Origin: Nitrospirota bacterium
GTDB lineage: Bacteria; Nitrospirota; Nitrospiria; 2-01-FULL-66-17
Assembly: GCA_016201825.1 (NCBI GenBank)
Contig: JACQCD010000085.1
Location: 1 to 62,895, forward strand
Direction: 5' to 3'
DNA length: 62,895 nucleotides
Part shown: in pieces, positions 1 through 9,531 of the stretch
How the letters are laid out: each line of letters starts with the position of its first letter
Numbering within the stretch: the first letter of the stretch is position 1
The notes under the pieces: model-generated
The model's database searches: none
Seen by the model: the letters and a program-made list of their open reading frames with translations, nothing else
What the model was told of the DNA's origin: nothing
Position numbers and translations under genes: made by a program

Positions 1-1
1 A

Positions 2-430
2 TCGAAGATCGGCAAGAAAGCGAAAGGGCTGCTGGAAGAGTTCGTCAAGAGCCGGCAGAAGATCATCGATCTCGAAGAGGCGGAAATCAAGGAGCTGGAA
101 GACAGCCTCGCCAAGCAAGAGAGCGTGCTGACCCCCGACGCTAAGAAGGCCAAGCAAGACGATCTGCAGAAGAAATTCCTCGCCTATCAAAAGAAGGCGA
201 CCGATCTGAACCGGGAGATTCAGGACAAGAAAACCGAAGTGCTCAACGAGTTTCACGGCCATCTGCAGACCGTGGTGAAACGAGTGGCCGAACGCGAGGG
301 GTACACGCTGGTGTTCGACAAGGGATCGGGAACCCCGGCCGAAGTGAGCAGTCTCTTGTATGCCAAGGAGACCTTGGACGTGACCGAGAAGGTGCTGGCC
401 GACTTGGATAAAGAAAGCAACAGCAAGTAA
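2..430 (+). CDS. skp: OmpH/Skp periplasmic chaperone, 5'-truncated by window edge
   Basis: Frame is open from base 2 (SKIGKKAKGLLEEFVKSRQKII...); coiled-coil Q/K/E-rich; C-terminal GYTLVFDK...LLYAKETLDVTEKV is typical of OmpH; lies directly before lpxD. Confidence 0.9.
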   Translation, partial: SKIGKKAKGLLEEFVKSRQKIIDLEEAEIKELEDSLAKQESVLTPDAKKAKQDDLQKKFLAYQKKATDLNREIQDKKTEVLNEFHGHLQTVVKRVAEREGYTLVFDKGSGTPAEVSSLLYAKETLDVTEKVLADLDKESNSK

Positions 431-435
431 CCGGG

Positions 436-1497
436 GTGATCGGTGTGGCTCCACGCTCCACGCGCTCCACGACCCTCTCCGCGCTAGCCGCCTACGTCGG
501 GGGCTCGCTCCGCGGCGGGGATGTGCCGATCACCGGGGTGGCCGGGATCCGCGAGGCGGAGCCGGGCCAGATCACGTTTGTGGCGAACCCGCGGTACGTG
601 CCGGACTTGGCCCGCACGCGGGCTTCGGCGGTGGTGATCGCCAAGGCGCACGCGACCTCGGCGATCGCTCGGATCGAGGTGGATGATCCCTACTACGCAT
701 TCAGCCGGATCGTCCGCTGGTTTCACGAGCGACCCTACGAGCCGGGGGGCATCAGCCCGCACGCCTCGCTCGCGCCCGATGCGGCGGTGGGGGCCGACCC
801 GACGATCGGGCCGTTCGTCAGCGTGGGATGTCGCGCGCGGCTGGGCGACCGGGTGACGCTCTTGTCGGGCGTGTCGGTTGGCGACGACGTGGCGATCGGC
901 GACGACACGGTGGTGTATCCCAACGTCACGATCCGGGAGGGCTCTGCGATCGGCCGGCGGGTGATTCTGCACAGCGGGGTGGTGATCGGGAGCGACGGGT
1001 TTGGGTTCGCCACCCGCAACGGCCGCCACGAGAAAATCCTCCAGATCGGACGGGTGGTCATCGAGGACGACGTGGAGTTGGGCGCCAACGTCTGCGTCGA
1101 TCGCGCGGCGCTGGGCGTCACGCTGATCAAGCGGGGCACCAAGGTCGACAATCTGGTTCAGATTGCCCACAATGTCGTCGTGGGGGAAGACTGTTTGATC
1201 GTGGCGCAGGCCGGCATATCGGGCAGCAGCGAACTGGGGCGCGGGGTGGTGCTCGCGGGGCAAGTCGGCGTGGTGGGGCACCTGAGGATCGGGGACGGCG
1301 CCATCGTCGGCGCGCAGTCCGGCGTGGCCTCCGACCTGGCAGGGGGGCAGGTCGTGTCGGGCAGTCCCGCGATCCCGCATCAGACGTGGCTGCGCGTGCA
1401 GGCCACGATCCCGACGTTGCCTGAAATGCGGCGAGCGCTCAAACGCCTCGAAGCGCGCGTGGCAGAATTAGAACAACATTCAAGTGGTTCGAGTTGA
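436..1497 (+). CDS. lpxD: UDP-3-O-(3-hydroxyacyl)glucosamine N-acyltransferase
   Basis: EAEPGQITFVANPRY N-terminal motif, hexapeptide repeats, GSDGFGFA, KVDNLVQIAHNV. Confidence 0.97.
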   Translation: MIGVAPRSTRSTTLSALAAYVGGSLRGGDVPITGVAGIREAEPGQITFVANPRYVPDLARTRASAVVIAKAHATSAIARIEVDDPYYAFSRIVRWFHERPYEPGGISPHASLAPDAAVGADPTIGPFVSVGCRARLGDRVTLLSGVSVGDDVAIGDDTVVYPNVTIREGSAIGRRVILHSGVVIGSDGFGFATRNGRHEKILQIGRVVIEDDVELGANVCVDRAALGVTLIKRGTKVDNLVQIAHNVVVGEDCLIVAQAGISGSSELGRGVVLAGQVGVVGHLRIGDGAIVGAQSGVASDLAGGQVVSGSPAIPHQTWLRVQATIPTLPEMRRALKRLEARVAELEQHSSGSS

Positions 1498-1539
1498 ACC
1501 CTTTGAACGTTCGAGCTTTTGAATTTTTGAGGGAATCTC

Positions 1540-1977
1540 ATGCTTGAAGCCGACGCGATTTTGAAAATCCTCCCCCACCGCTATCCCTTTCTGCTCGTGG
1601 ATCGTGTCCTGTCGATCGAGGAAGGCCGGGCGGTCGCGATCAAAAACGTCACGATCAACGAGCCGTTCTTTCAGGGTCATTTCCCCGGCCAGCCGATCAT
1701 GCCTGGCGTGCTGGTCCTCGAAGCGCTGGCTCAGGTGGGCGGTATCTTGGCGTTTCAAACCGCGAAGGAGGCCCAGGATCACCTGGTGATCTTTGTGGGG
1801 ATCGACCGCGCCAAGTTCCGCAGGCCCGTCGTGCCGGGCGATCGCCTCCGCCTCGAAGTCTCGCTCTTGCACAAGCGCCATCCGTATTGGCGGTTGCGGG
1901 GCGAGGCCTACGTGGAGGACGCGCTGGTGTGCGAAATGGAGTTCAAGGCGATGCTCTCGCCGCGGGAGACGTCATGA
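1540..1977 (+). CDS. fabZ: 3-hydroxyacyl-ACP dehydratase
   Basis: [35 protein letters not shown]. Confidence 0.98.
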   Translation: MLEADAILKILPHRYPFLLVDRVLSIEEGRAVAIKNVTINEPFFQGHFPGQPIMPGVLVLEALAQVGGILAFQTAKEAQDHLVIFVGIDRAKFRRPVVPGDRLRLEVSLLHKRHPYWRLRGEAYVEDALVCEMEFKAMLSPRETS

Positions 1978-2747
1978 ATCGCCACCCGACCGCCATCATC
2001 CATCCCGGCGCCCGGCTGGCCGATGACGTCACGGTGGGGCCCTACGCGATCATCGGCGAGCACGTGCGGATCGGCGCGGGCACGACGGTCGGCGCGCACG
2101 TCGTCATCGAAGGCTGGACCGAGATCGGGGAGGCGTGCGCGTTCTCGCACTTCGTGTCCGCCGGAACGCCTCCGCAGGACCTCAAGTTCGGCGGCGAAGA
2201 GAGCCGCCTGATCATCGGCAGCCACAATATCTTTCGAGAGTTCGTGACGCTCAACCGGGGCACGCACCACGGCGGCGGGGTGACCCGCATCGGGGACCAT
2301 AATTTCTTGATGGCGTACGTCCACGTCGCCCACGACTGCCGGATCGGCGACCACGTGATCATGGCCAACGCCGCCACGCTGGCCGGCCACATCGAGATCG
2401 GCGATCACGCCGTGCTGGGGGGCTTGACCGGGGTGCATCAATTCGTACGGATCGGCGCCTACGCGATGATCGGGGGCTGTTCGGCGGTGGCCCAGGACGT
2501 GCCGCCCTTCGTGTCCGCGGTCGGGAACCGCGCCAAGCTGTACGGACTCAACCTGATCGGGTTGAAGCGCCACGGGTTCGGCGAGGAGCGGCTGGCCGCG
2601 CTCAAGCGGGCGTATCGGCTCCTGTTCCACTCCCACCTCCCTCTCAAGGAAGCCGTCAAACGGACGCGGGAAGCGCTCCCCGACCAGGCGGACGTCGAAG
2701 AGCTCATTCGATTTGTGGAAACGTCGGAGCGGGGCATCAGTCGCTAG
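1974..2747 (+). CDS. lpxA: Acyl-ACP--UDP-N-acetylglucosamine O-acyltransferase
   Basis: ATG at 1974 overlaps the fabZ stop (ATGA); [39 protein letters not shown]. Confidence 0.97.
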   Translation: MNRHPTAIIHPGARLADDVTVGPYAIIGEHVRIGAGTTVGAHVVIEGWTEIGEACAFSHFVSAGTPPQDLKFGGEESRLIIGSHNIFREFVTLNRGTHHGGGVTRIGDHNFLMAYVHVAHDCRIGDHVIMANAATLAGHIEIGDHAVLGGLTGVHQFVRIGAYAMIGGCSAVAQDVPPFVSAVGNRAKLYGLNLIGLKRHGFGEERLAALKRAYRLLFHSHLPLKEAVKRTREALPDQADVEELIRFVETSERGISR

Positions 2748-2775
2748 CGTTGCAGGGCTGCTGAGCGACCGGCCG

Positions 2776-3612
2776 ATGGCCATGCCAATTAGAAAACTAG
2801 GTCTCATCGCCGGCAACGGCCGGTTTCCCTTGCTCTTCGCGGACGCCGCAAAACAAGCGGGGTTCACCGTGACGGCGGTGGCCCATCGGGGCGAGACGCC
2901 GGAGGAACTCGAGAAGCGGGTGGATGAGCTGCACTGGATCAAGGTGGGACAACTGGGGCACCTCATCGAGCATTTCAAGGCGGCGGGCGTGGACACGGTG
3001 GTGATGGCGGGGGGGATCACCAAGGCGCGGATGTTCACGGACTATCGCCCCGACCTGCGCGCCCTTAAGGTGCTGGCGCGGGTCCGCCACCTCAAGGACG
3101 ACGTGCTGCTCCGCGCGATCGCGGAGGAATTGGAATCCGAAGGCATCACCGTGGGCGACGCCGCGCACTACCTCCCCGGACTCATCGCGGAAGCCGGGGT
3201 CTTGACCACGCGTCCGTCGAGCGATCAGTGGGAGGACATTCGCTTCGGGGTGACGACGGTGAAAGCGATCGGACGACTGGAGATCGGCCAGTGCGTGGTC
3301 ATCAAGAAGCGGACGGTGCTCGCGGTCGAAGCGATCGAGGGCACCGATGAGACGATCCGCCGCGGCGGGCGGCTCGCGCGGGGCGGGGCGGTCGTCGTGA
3401 AGATGGCCAAGCCCCAGCAAGATCTGCGGTTTGACATCCCCGCGGTGGGTCCCGCCACGATCGAGTCGATGCGGGAGGTGGGGGCGTCGGTGCTGGCCGT
3501 CGAGGCCGGCAAGACCCTGTTGTTGGACCGGGTGGAGCTCTTGGACGCGGCGCGCCGGGCGCGGATCGCGGTGGTGGGGATCACCGAGGAAGCGGAGGCG
3601 AAGGATGGGTAG
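2776..3612 (+). CDS. lpxI: UDP-2,3-diacylglucosamine pyrophosphatase LpxI (DUF1009)
   Basis: LGLIAGNGRFP, IGQCVV, AVEAIEGTDETIRR, KPQQDLRFDIPAVG; start 2776 or 2782. Confidence 0.93.
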   Translation: MAMPIRKLGLIAGNGRFPLLFADAAKQAGFTVTAVAHRGETPEELEKRVDELHWIKVGQLGHLIEHFKAAGVDTVVMAGGITKARMFTDYRPDLRALKVLARVRHLKDDVLLRAIAEELESEGITVGDAAHYLPGLIAEAGVLTTRPSSDQWEDIRFGVTTVKAIGRLEIGQCVVIKKRTVLAVEAIEGTDETIRRGGRLARGGAVVVKMAKPQQDLRFDIPAVGPATIESMREVGASVLAVEAGKTLLLDRVELLDAARRARIAVVGITEEAEAKDG

Positions 3613-4579
3613 CGCGATCAAGGTGGGCGTCATCGGCGTGGGGTACCTCGGACGACATCATGCGCGGCTGTACGCCGAATTGCCCGCGGCCACGTTGGTG
3701 GGCGTCGCGGACGTCGATGAAGGCCGCGCCCGGGACGTGGCGGCGTCGACCGGCGCCAGAGCCTTCACCGACTATCGCGAGCTGCTGTCCCAGGTTGACG
3801 CCGTGAGCGTGGTGGTGCCGACCAGTTTGCACCACCGCGTGGCGATGGATTGTTTGGACGCCGGGTTGGACGTGCTCTTGGAAAAACCGATGACGGTGAC
3901 GCTGGCCGAGGCCGACGAGTTGATCGCGCGCGCCGAGGCGAAGCGGCGCATCATCCAGATCGGCCACCTGGAGCGGTTCAACGGGGCCGTGCGGGCGCTG
4001 GCGCCGCGCCTGACCGCGCCGCGGTTCATCGAGTCGCACCGCCTGGGGCCCTTCGTGGGCCGCGGCACCGACGTCCACGTCATCCTCGATCTCATGATCC
4101 ACGATCTGGACATTATCTTGAGTCTCGTTCGGTCGCCGCTCACCGACATCCGGGCGGTCGGCGTGGCGGTGTTGACTCCCCATATCGACATCGCCAATAC
4201 TCGACTGGAGTTCGCCGACGGGTGCGTGGCGAACGTCACGGCGAGCCGGGTGTCCAAGGACGCGCTGCGCAAGCTGCGCATTTTCCAGCCGGACGCGTAC
4301 TTCTCGCTGGACTATCAGAAGCAAGAGGTCATCATGGCGCGACGCGTGGACGGCGCGACCGAGGCCGGCCTGCCGGCGATCGACATCCAGACGCTCCCGA
4401 TCGAGAAGGAAGAGCCCCTCAAGGCCCAGCTCTCGGCGTTTTTGGATTCCGTGGCGACCCGGCGGGCGCCGTTGGTGTCGGGGCGTGAAGGTCGCAGCGC
4501 CTTGCGGGTGGCGCTGGATGTGCTCACGTGCATCGAGGGCGGTGGTCCCGTCAGAAGAAGCCCGAGCGGTGAAACCTGA
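3605..4579 (+). CDS. Gfo/Idh/MocA NAD-dependent oxidoreductase, GnnA-like (UDP-GlcNAc 3-dehydrogenase candidate)
   Basis: GVIGVGYLG, LLEKP, QIGHLERFN, DLMIHDLD; lies between lpxI and lpxB. Confidence 0.88.
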   Translation: MGSAIKVGVIGVGYLGRHHARLYAELPAATLVGVADVDEGRARDVAASTGARAFTDYRELLSQVDAVSVVVPTSLHHRVAMDCLDAGLDVLLEKPMTVTLAEADELIARAEAKRRIIQIGHLERFNGAVRALAPRLTAPRFIESHRLGPFVGRGTDVHVILDLMIHDLDIILSLVRSPLTDIRAVGVAVLTPHIDIANTRLEFADGCVANVTASRVSKDALRKLRIFQPDAYFSLDYQKQEVIMARRVDGATEAGLPAIDIQTLPIEKEEPLKAQLSAFLDSVATRRAPLVSGREGRSALRVALDVLTCIEGGGPVRRSPSGET

Positions 4580-5808
4580 TGAGCGATGACCGGGCCAACG
4601 TCCTGGCGCCGCCCAGCCCTGAAACGCAGGGCTTGCGCGGCGCCGCGCTGGCGAAGCGGCTCTTTCTCATCGCGGGCGAAGCCTCGGGCGACGCCCACGG
4701 GGGCAAGCTCGCGTCGGCGCTGCTCGCGCGGAACCCCGCACTGAGCCTGGAAGGCGTGGGGGGCGCCGCGATGGAGAAGGCCGGCGTCCGCCTCCGGCAC
4801 GACATCCGTCATCTCGGGGTGGTCGGCCTCGTCGAGGTGCTCTCGCAATGGCGGTCGATCTGGCGGACCTATCGAGACGTGCGGGCGCGGCTGCGCGAGG
4901 CGCCGCCCGACGCGCTGGTGCTGATCGACTATCCCGAATTCAACTTGCGGATTGCGCGCCTGGCGAAGGCGCTCGGCATCCCGGTCATCTATTACGTGAG
5001 TCCCCAGATCTGGGCCTGGCGCCCCGGCCGGATCGCGGCGATCAAGTCCGTCGTCGATCTGATGCTGGTGCTTTTCGAGTTCGAAGCCGAAGTCTACCGC
5101 ACGGCCGGCGTGCCGTGCCGGTTGGTCGGCCATCCCCTGCTCGACGACGCGGCGCCCGATGCCGATCAGGAGACGTTTGCGCGGCGGTATCGCCTGGCGA
5201 CGGGGGAGCGCGCGTTGGGTCTGTTGCCGGGGAGCCGCGCGCTCGAAGTCTCGCGCCTCCTGCCCGCGATGCTGGACGCGGCGGAGCGCCTCCACGCCGC
5301 GGGGACGATCGATCGGGTCCTGGTTGCCGTGGCGCCGTCGATCGACGCCGGCCTGGTCCAATCGTTGGTCGATCGTACCGGGGCGTTTCGCGCCCGCGTG
5401 ACGGTCGCGATCGGCGAGGCGGCCGCCGTCCTCCGCGCCTCGCGCGCGGCGGTGGTCGCGTCGGGCACGGCCACGTTGCAGGCCGCGGTGATCGGCACGC
5501 CCCTGGTGATGGTGTACCGGGTGGCGCCGCTCACCGCGTGGATCGCGCGGCTTCTGATCACGATCCCCCACGTCGCGCTGGTCAACGTCGTGGCGGGGCG
5601 GCGCGTGGTGCCCGAATTGGTCCAGGAGCAGATGACCGCGGAGCGGATCGCGGCCGAGGTCGGTCGCATCTTGACCGACGAGCGTACCGCGTCGGCGATG
5701 CGGGCGGACCTTGCCCGGGTGCGGTCCGCGCTGGGCGAACCGGGGGCCTCGGCCCGCGCGGCGGAGGCCACGCTGGAGTGGCTGGCGCAGGGAGCGCGTC
5801 ATGGTTAG
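4579..5808 (+). CDS. lpxB: Lipid A disaccharide synthase
   Basis: IAGEASGD, IDYPEFN, YYVSPQIWAWRPGR, LLPGSR, SGTATL. Confidence 0.97.
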   Translation: MSDDRANVLAPPSPETQGLRGAALAKRLFLIAGEASGDAHGGKLASALLARNPALSLEGVGGAAMEKAGVRLRHDIRHLGVVGLVEVLSQWRSIWRTYRDVRARLREAPPDALVLIDYPEFNLRIARLAKALGIPVIYYVSPQIWAWRPGRIAAIKSVVDLMLVLFEFEAEVYRTAGVPCRLVGHPLLDDAAPDADQETFARRYRLATGERALGLLPGSRALEVSRLLPAMLDAAERLHAAGTIDRVLVAVAPSIDAGLVQSLVDRTGAFRARVTVAIGEAAAVLRASRAAVVASGTATLQAAVIGTPLVMVYRVAPLTAWIARLLITIPHVALVNVVAGRRVVPELVQEQMTAERIAAEVGRILTDERTASAMRADLARVRSALGEPGASARAAEATLEWLAQGARHG

Positions 5809-7570
5809 CGGCGGGACCTCCCGGGCATCGGTGGTGCGACGGCTTTTGCGCTACGTCAAGCCGTACTGGGGACGCTTTATTCTCGCGTCGGTCTGCGCGG
5901 GAGGCGTGTCCCTGTTGACCGCGGCGAACGCGTGGCTGGTCAAACCGGTGTTGGACGAGATTTTCGTCCAACGCAACACCGCGATGCTCGCCATCCTCCC
6001 GTTCGCCATCGTCGCGGTGGCCGTCGCCAAGCGCGCGTTTCAGTTCGCGCACGTGTACCTGATGGGGTATACCGGCAATCGGATCATCACCGACATTCGG
6101 GACGCGCTGTACCATCACATCCTGAAACTCTCGCTGACCTTCCACGCCACGCACTCCACCGGGGCGTTGATGTCGAACGTGACGAGCGATGTCGCGTTGA
6201 TGCAGCGGGCGGTGTCCGGGGTGATCAAGGATCTCATCCAGCAGCCGCTGACCTTGCTGGCGCTGATGGGGGTGACCATCTATCAGAACTGGCGGATGGC
6301 GTTCATCGCGATCGCGGTCTTGCCGTTCGGGTATTATCCCATGATCCGATTGGGGCGGCGGCTCAAGCGCCTTGCCCACGCCGGCCAGGAGCGAGTGTCG
6401 GAGCTTTCATCCATCCTGCAGGAGACGTTTTCCGGAATCCGGGTGGTCAAGGCGTTCGGCACGGAGGCCTTCGAGGCCGAGCGCCTGCGCGACACGAACC
6501 TTCGCTATTTCCGCAATACGATGAAGGTGACCACGGTCTCCGAGCTGGCGCCGGCGGTGATGGAGGTGCTCGGCGCGATCGGGGGCGCCGCGGTCATCGC
6601 CTACGGCGGCTACGCCGTCGTGTCGGGGCAGATGACAACCGGGGCGTTCTTCTCGTTCCTCACCGCGTCGTTTCTGATGTACGCCCCGATCCGCATCTTG
6701 TCGGCGGCCAACACCGCGATCCTGTCGGCGTCGGCCGCCGCCGAACGGGTCTTCGCCATCCTCGACGTCGAGACCGAAGAAGGAAGGGATCGGGGCCGCC
6801 GCGAGCTGACGGGGGTTCGCGAGGGCATCGAGTTCCGCGACGTGGGGTTTACCTACGACGGCGCCGAGCGAGTCACGCTGGCGGGCATCACCCTGCGGGT
6901 GCGCGCGGGCGAGGTCGTCGCGGTGGTGGGGACCAGCGGAAGCGGGAAGACGACGCTCGTCAATCTCTTGCCGCGCTTCATCGAGCCCACGCGCGGCGCG
7001 ATCTTCATCGACGGAGTGGACGTGCGCGAATTGCGCCTCGCGTCGCTGCGTCGCCACATCGGCGTGGTGAGCCAGGAGGTCGTCTTGTTCGACGACTCGG
7101 TCCGCAACAACATTGCCTATGGGATGACAGACATCGTGCAGGCCGACGTCGTCCGGGCGGCCGAAGCGGCCTACGCCCATCCCTTCATCCTCCAATTGCC
7201 GGCGGGATATGACACCGTGATCGGCGAGCGCGGGGCGACGCTCTCGGGAGGCGAGCGTCAACGGTTGGCCATCGCGCGGGCGCTGCTCAAGGATCCCCCC
7301 ATTCTGATTTTGGACGAGGCGACCTCGGCGCTGGACGCGGAATCCGAGGCGATCGTCCAACGGGCGCTGGCGAACCTGATCGCCCATCGGACCACGTTCG
7401 TGATCGCCCATCGTCTTTCGACGGTCCAACGGGCCAGCCGGATCGTAGTGTTGGACCGAGGGACGATCGTCGAGGAGGGGACCCACGCGAGCCTGCTCGC
7501 CAGGCAGGGCATTTACGCCAACCTGTATCGTATCCAGTTCGAACCCGAGGCGCGCTATGCCGGGTCGTGA
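5801..7570 (+). CDS. msbA: Lipid A export ABC transporter (TMD+NBD)
   Basis: Six-TM domain, Walker A GTSGSGKTT, LSGGERQRLAIARA, DEATSALD; ATG 5801 overlaps the lpxB end. Confidence 0.93.
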   Translation: MVSGGTSRASVVRRLLRYVKPYWGRFILASVCAGGVSLLTAANAWLVKPVLDEIFVQRNTAMLAILPFAIVAVAVAKRAFQFAHVYLMGYTGNRIITDIRDALYHHILKLSLTFHATHSTGALMSNVTSDVALMQRAVSGVIKDLIQQPLTLLALMGVTIYQNWRMAFIAIAVLPFGYYPMIRLGRRLKRLAHAGQERVSELSSILQETFSGIRVVKAFGTEAFEAERLRDTNLRYFRNTMKVTTVSELAPAVMEVLGAIGGAAVIAYGGYAVVSGQMTTGAFFSFLTASFLMYAPIRILSAANTAILSASAAAERVFAILDVETEEGRDRGRRELTGVREGIEFRDVGFTYDGAERVTLAGITLRVRAGEVVAVVGTSGSGKTTLVNLLPRFIEPTRGAIFIDGVDVRELRLASLRRHIGVVSQEVVLFDDSVRNNIAYGMTDIVQADVVRAAEAAYAHPFILQLPAGYDTVIGERGATLSGGERQRLAIARALLKDPPILILDEATSALDAESEAIVQRALANLIAHRTTFVIAHRLSTVQRASRIVVLDRGTIVEEGTHASLLARQGIYANLYRIQFEPEARYAGS

Positions 7571-8227
7571 GGCGGCCTGGCGCCGGTGGGTGCCCTCCGT
7601 GATCGCCGCGCTGATCCGGGGCGTGGGCCGGACGATGCGTCTCGAGACCGTCAACGCCGAGGCAATCATGGCGCGCTGGCGGCGGGGCGAGGCGAGCATC
7701 ATCGCCTTTTGGCACGGCCGCCAACTCATGCTGCCGCTGGCGTATCACGGGTCGGGGCTCACGATTCTGATCAGCCGACATCGCGACGGCGAACTGATCA
7801 GCCGAGCCATGGTGGCGTTTGGGTTCTCCGCCGCGCGCGGGTCGACGACGCGCGGCGGTGCGGTCGGGCTGCGCGCCCTGGTCGACGCGGGTCGGAAGGG
7901 GCGCGATGTGGCCGTCACGCCGGACGGTCCGCGAGGACCTCGCGAGGTCGTGCAGCCGGGCGTGATCCAACTGGCGCGGCTGACCGGTCTCCCGATCGTT
8001 CCGCTGGCGTTCGGGGCCTCAAAAAAAAAATCCTTCGCACCTGGGACGGGTTTCTCATCCCGGTCCCGTTCGCGCGCGGCGTGTTCGTGTGGGGGGACCC
8101 GCTCTGGGTTCCACGCGACCTGGGAGCGGACGGGTTTGAGGAGCGCCGCCGCGCGCTGGAGCAGGCGTTGATCGACGTGACGGGCCGAGCCGATCGACGA
8201 TGGGAGAAGGCGCCGGACCGCGCGTGA
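7557..8227 (+). CDS. DUF374/LpxJ-family lipid A secondary acyltransferase, split by a -1 frameshift at the A10 tract (8021-8030)
   Basis: Frame 0 gives FWHGR, ISRHRDGE, RGSTTRGG, TPDGPRGP up to ...FGASKKK. The -1 frame continues ILRTWDGFLIPVPFARGVFVWGDP...TGA 8227, which overlaps the waaA GTG. Joined product about 223 aa. Confidence 0.85.
8021..8030 (+). repeat. A10 homopolymer at the frameshift site
   Basis: GCCTC-AAAAAAAAAA-TCC in an otherwise very GC-rich gene. Confidence 0.95.
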
Positions 8228-9528
8228 TTCGGCGTCTCTATACGGCGGCCCTTGCCGTCGGTCTGGTCGTGACCGCCCCGAGCTATCTCGCCAAAGCGAT
8301 ACGACGCGGGACGGGCCTGGCCCTGCGCGAGCGGCTGGGACGCCTCCCCGACCATGTCGTCGCGGCGGTGCGCGACCGGCGTGCGGTCTGGGTGCACGCC
8401 GTGTCGGTGGGCGAGGTGACCGCGGCGGTGCCGCTGCTCCGCGAGATCAAAATTCGGTATCCCACGGTGTGTCTGTTCGTTACCACGGTGACCGCGACCG
8501 GGCGCCAGACGGTGATCGAGCGCGTGCCCCAGGCCGACGCCGTCGCCTACTTCCCGCTCGATTTCCCCCGCGTGGTGGATCGACTGTTGGACACGATCAA
8601 CCCGCGCCTGTTTCTCTGCGTGGAAACCGAGCTCTGGCCGAACTTCCTCTCCGCGCTGGCGCGGCGGGGCATCCCGGCCTTTCTGGTAAACGGACGGTTG
8701 AACGCCCGATCGGCGCGACGGTACCGTTGGGCGCGCCGGCTCTTCCAGCCGGTGTTAGCGGGCTTCTATGGGTTTGCCGTCCAGACCACCGCGGATGCCC
8801 AGCGGCTGGCCGGGATCGGCGCGGACCCCGGTCGGATCGTCATCACCGGTAATTTGAAATTCGACCAACCGGCGGATGATGCCGAGACGGGAGATCCAGC
8901 TCGGCGGGTCGGTTTGGGGTTGGCCGCCGACGAACTCCTCTGGGTCGCGGGAAGCACGCGTCAAGGGGAAGAGGAGCCGCTCCTCGAGGCGTACCGTCGG
9001 CTCAGGGGCCGAGGGGTCCGAGTCGTGCTGCTCATCGCTCCCCGGCACCTTGACCGTCTCGACAAGATCGAGGCGATGGTGCGGGCGCGTGGGTTCGACC
9101 CGGTGCGCCGATCGGCGTGTCCGGCGGGGCAGCCGAGTCCCCGCGGGGAGGGCGGCCCCGCCCGGGTCATCGTCCTCGACACGATCGGTGAGTTGGCCGC
9201 GCTCTACGGCGAGGCGGCGCTCGCGTTCGTCGGGGGGACGCTCGTGCCGGTGGGCGGGCACAATCTTCTCGAACCGGCGGCGCGCGGCAAGGCCGTGGTG
9301 TTCGGGCCCCACACGTACAAGTGCGAGGAAATTGCCGCGGCAGTGCTTGAATCGGGCGCCGGTGTGCGGGTCGATTCGGTCGATGCGCTGGAAGAGCAGG
9401 TGGGGCGGTTGTTGGCGGATCCGGTGCTGCGCGAGCGGATGGGCCGCCGCGGGCGTGAGATGGTGGCGAGAAATCAGGGCGCGGTGGAGCGGACGTTGGC
9501 GTTGCTCCATCCGTGGTTGGTGGAATGA
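8224..9528 (+). CDS. waaA: Kdo transferase
   Basis: WVHAVSVGE, ETELWPN, TGNLKFD, GSTR, GGHNLLEPA; GTG 8224. Confidence 0.96.
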   Translation: MIRRLYTAALAVGLVVTAPSYLAKAIRRGTGLALRERLGRLPDHVVAAVRDRRAVWVHAVSVGEVTAAVPLLREIKIRYPTVCLFVTTVTATGRQTVIERVPQADAVAYFPLDFPRVVDRLLDTINPRLFLCVETELWPNFLSALARRGIPAFLVNGRLNARSARRYRWARRLFQPVLAGFYGFAVQTTADAQRLAGIGADPGRIVITGNLKFDQPADDAETGDPARRVGLGLAADELLWVAGSTRQGEEEPLLEAYRRLRGRGVRVVLLIAPRHLDRLDKIEAMVRARGFDPVRRSACPAGQPSPRGEGGPARVIVLDTIGELAALYGEAALAFVGGTLVPVGGHNLLEPAARGKAVVFGPHTYKCEEIAAAVLESGAGVRVDSVDALEEQVGRLLADPVLRERMGRRGREMVARNQGAVERTLALLHPWLVE

Positions 9529-9531
9529 TCG

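Noticed and set aside
451-472. GCTCCAC repeats at the lpxD 5' end
   Set aside because: Short imperfect repeat in a variable N-terminal extension; frame intact
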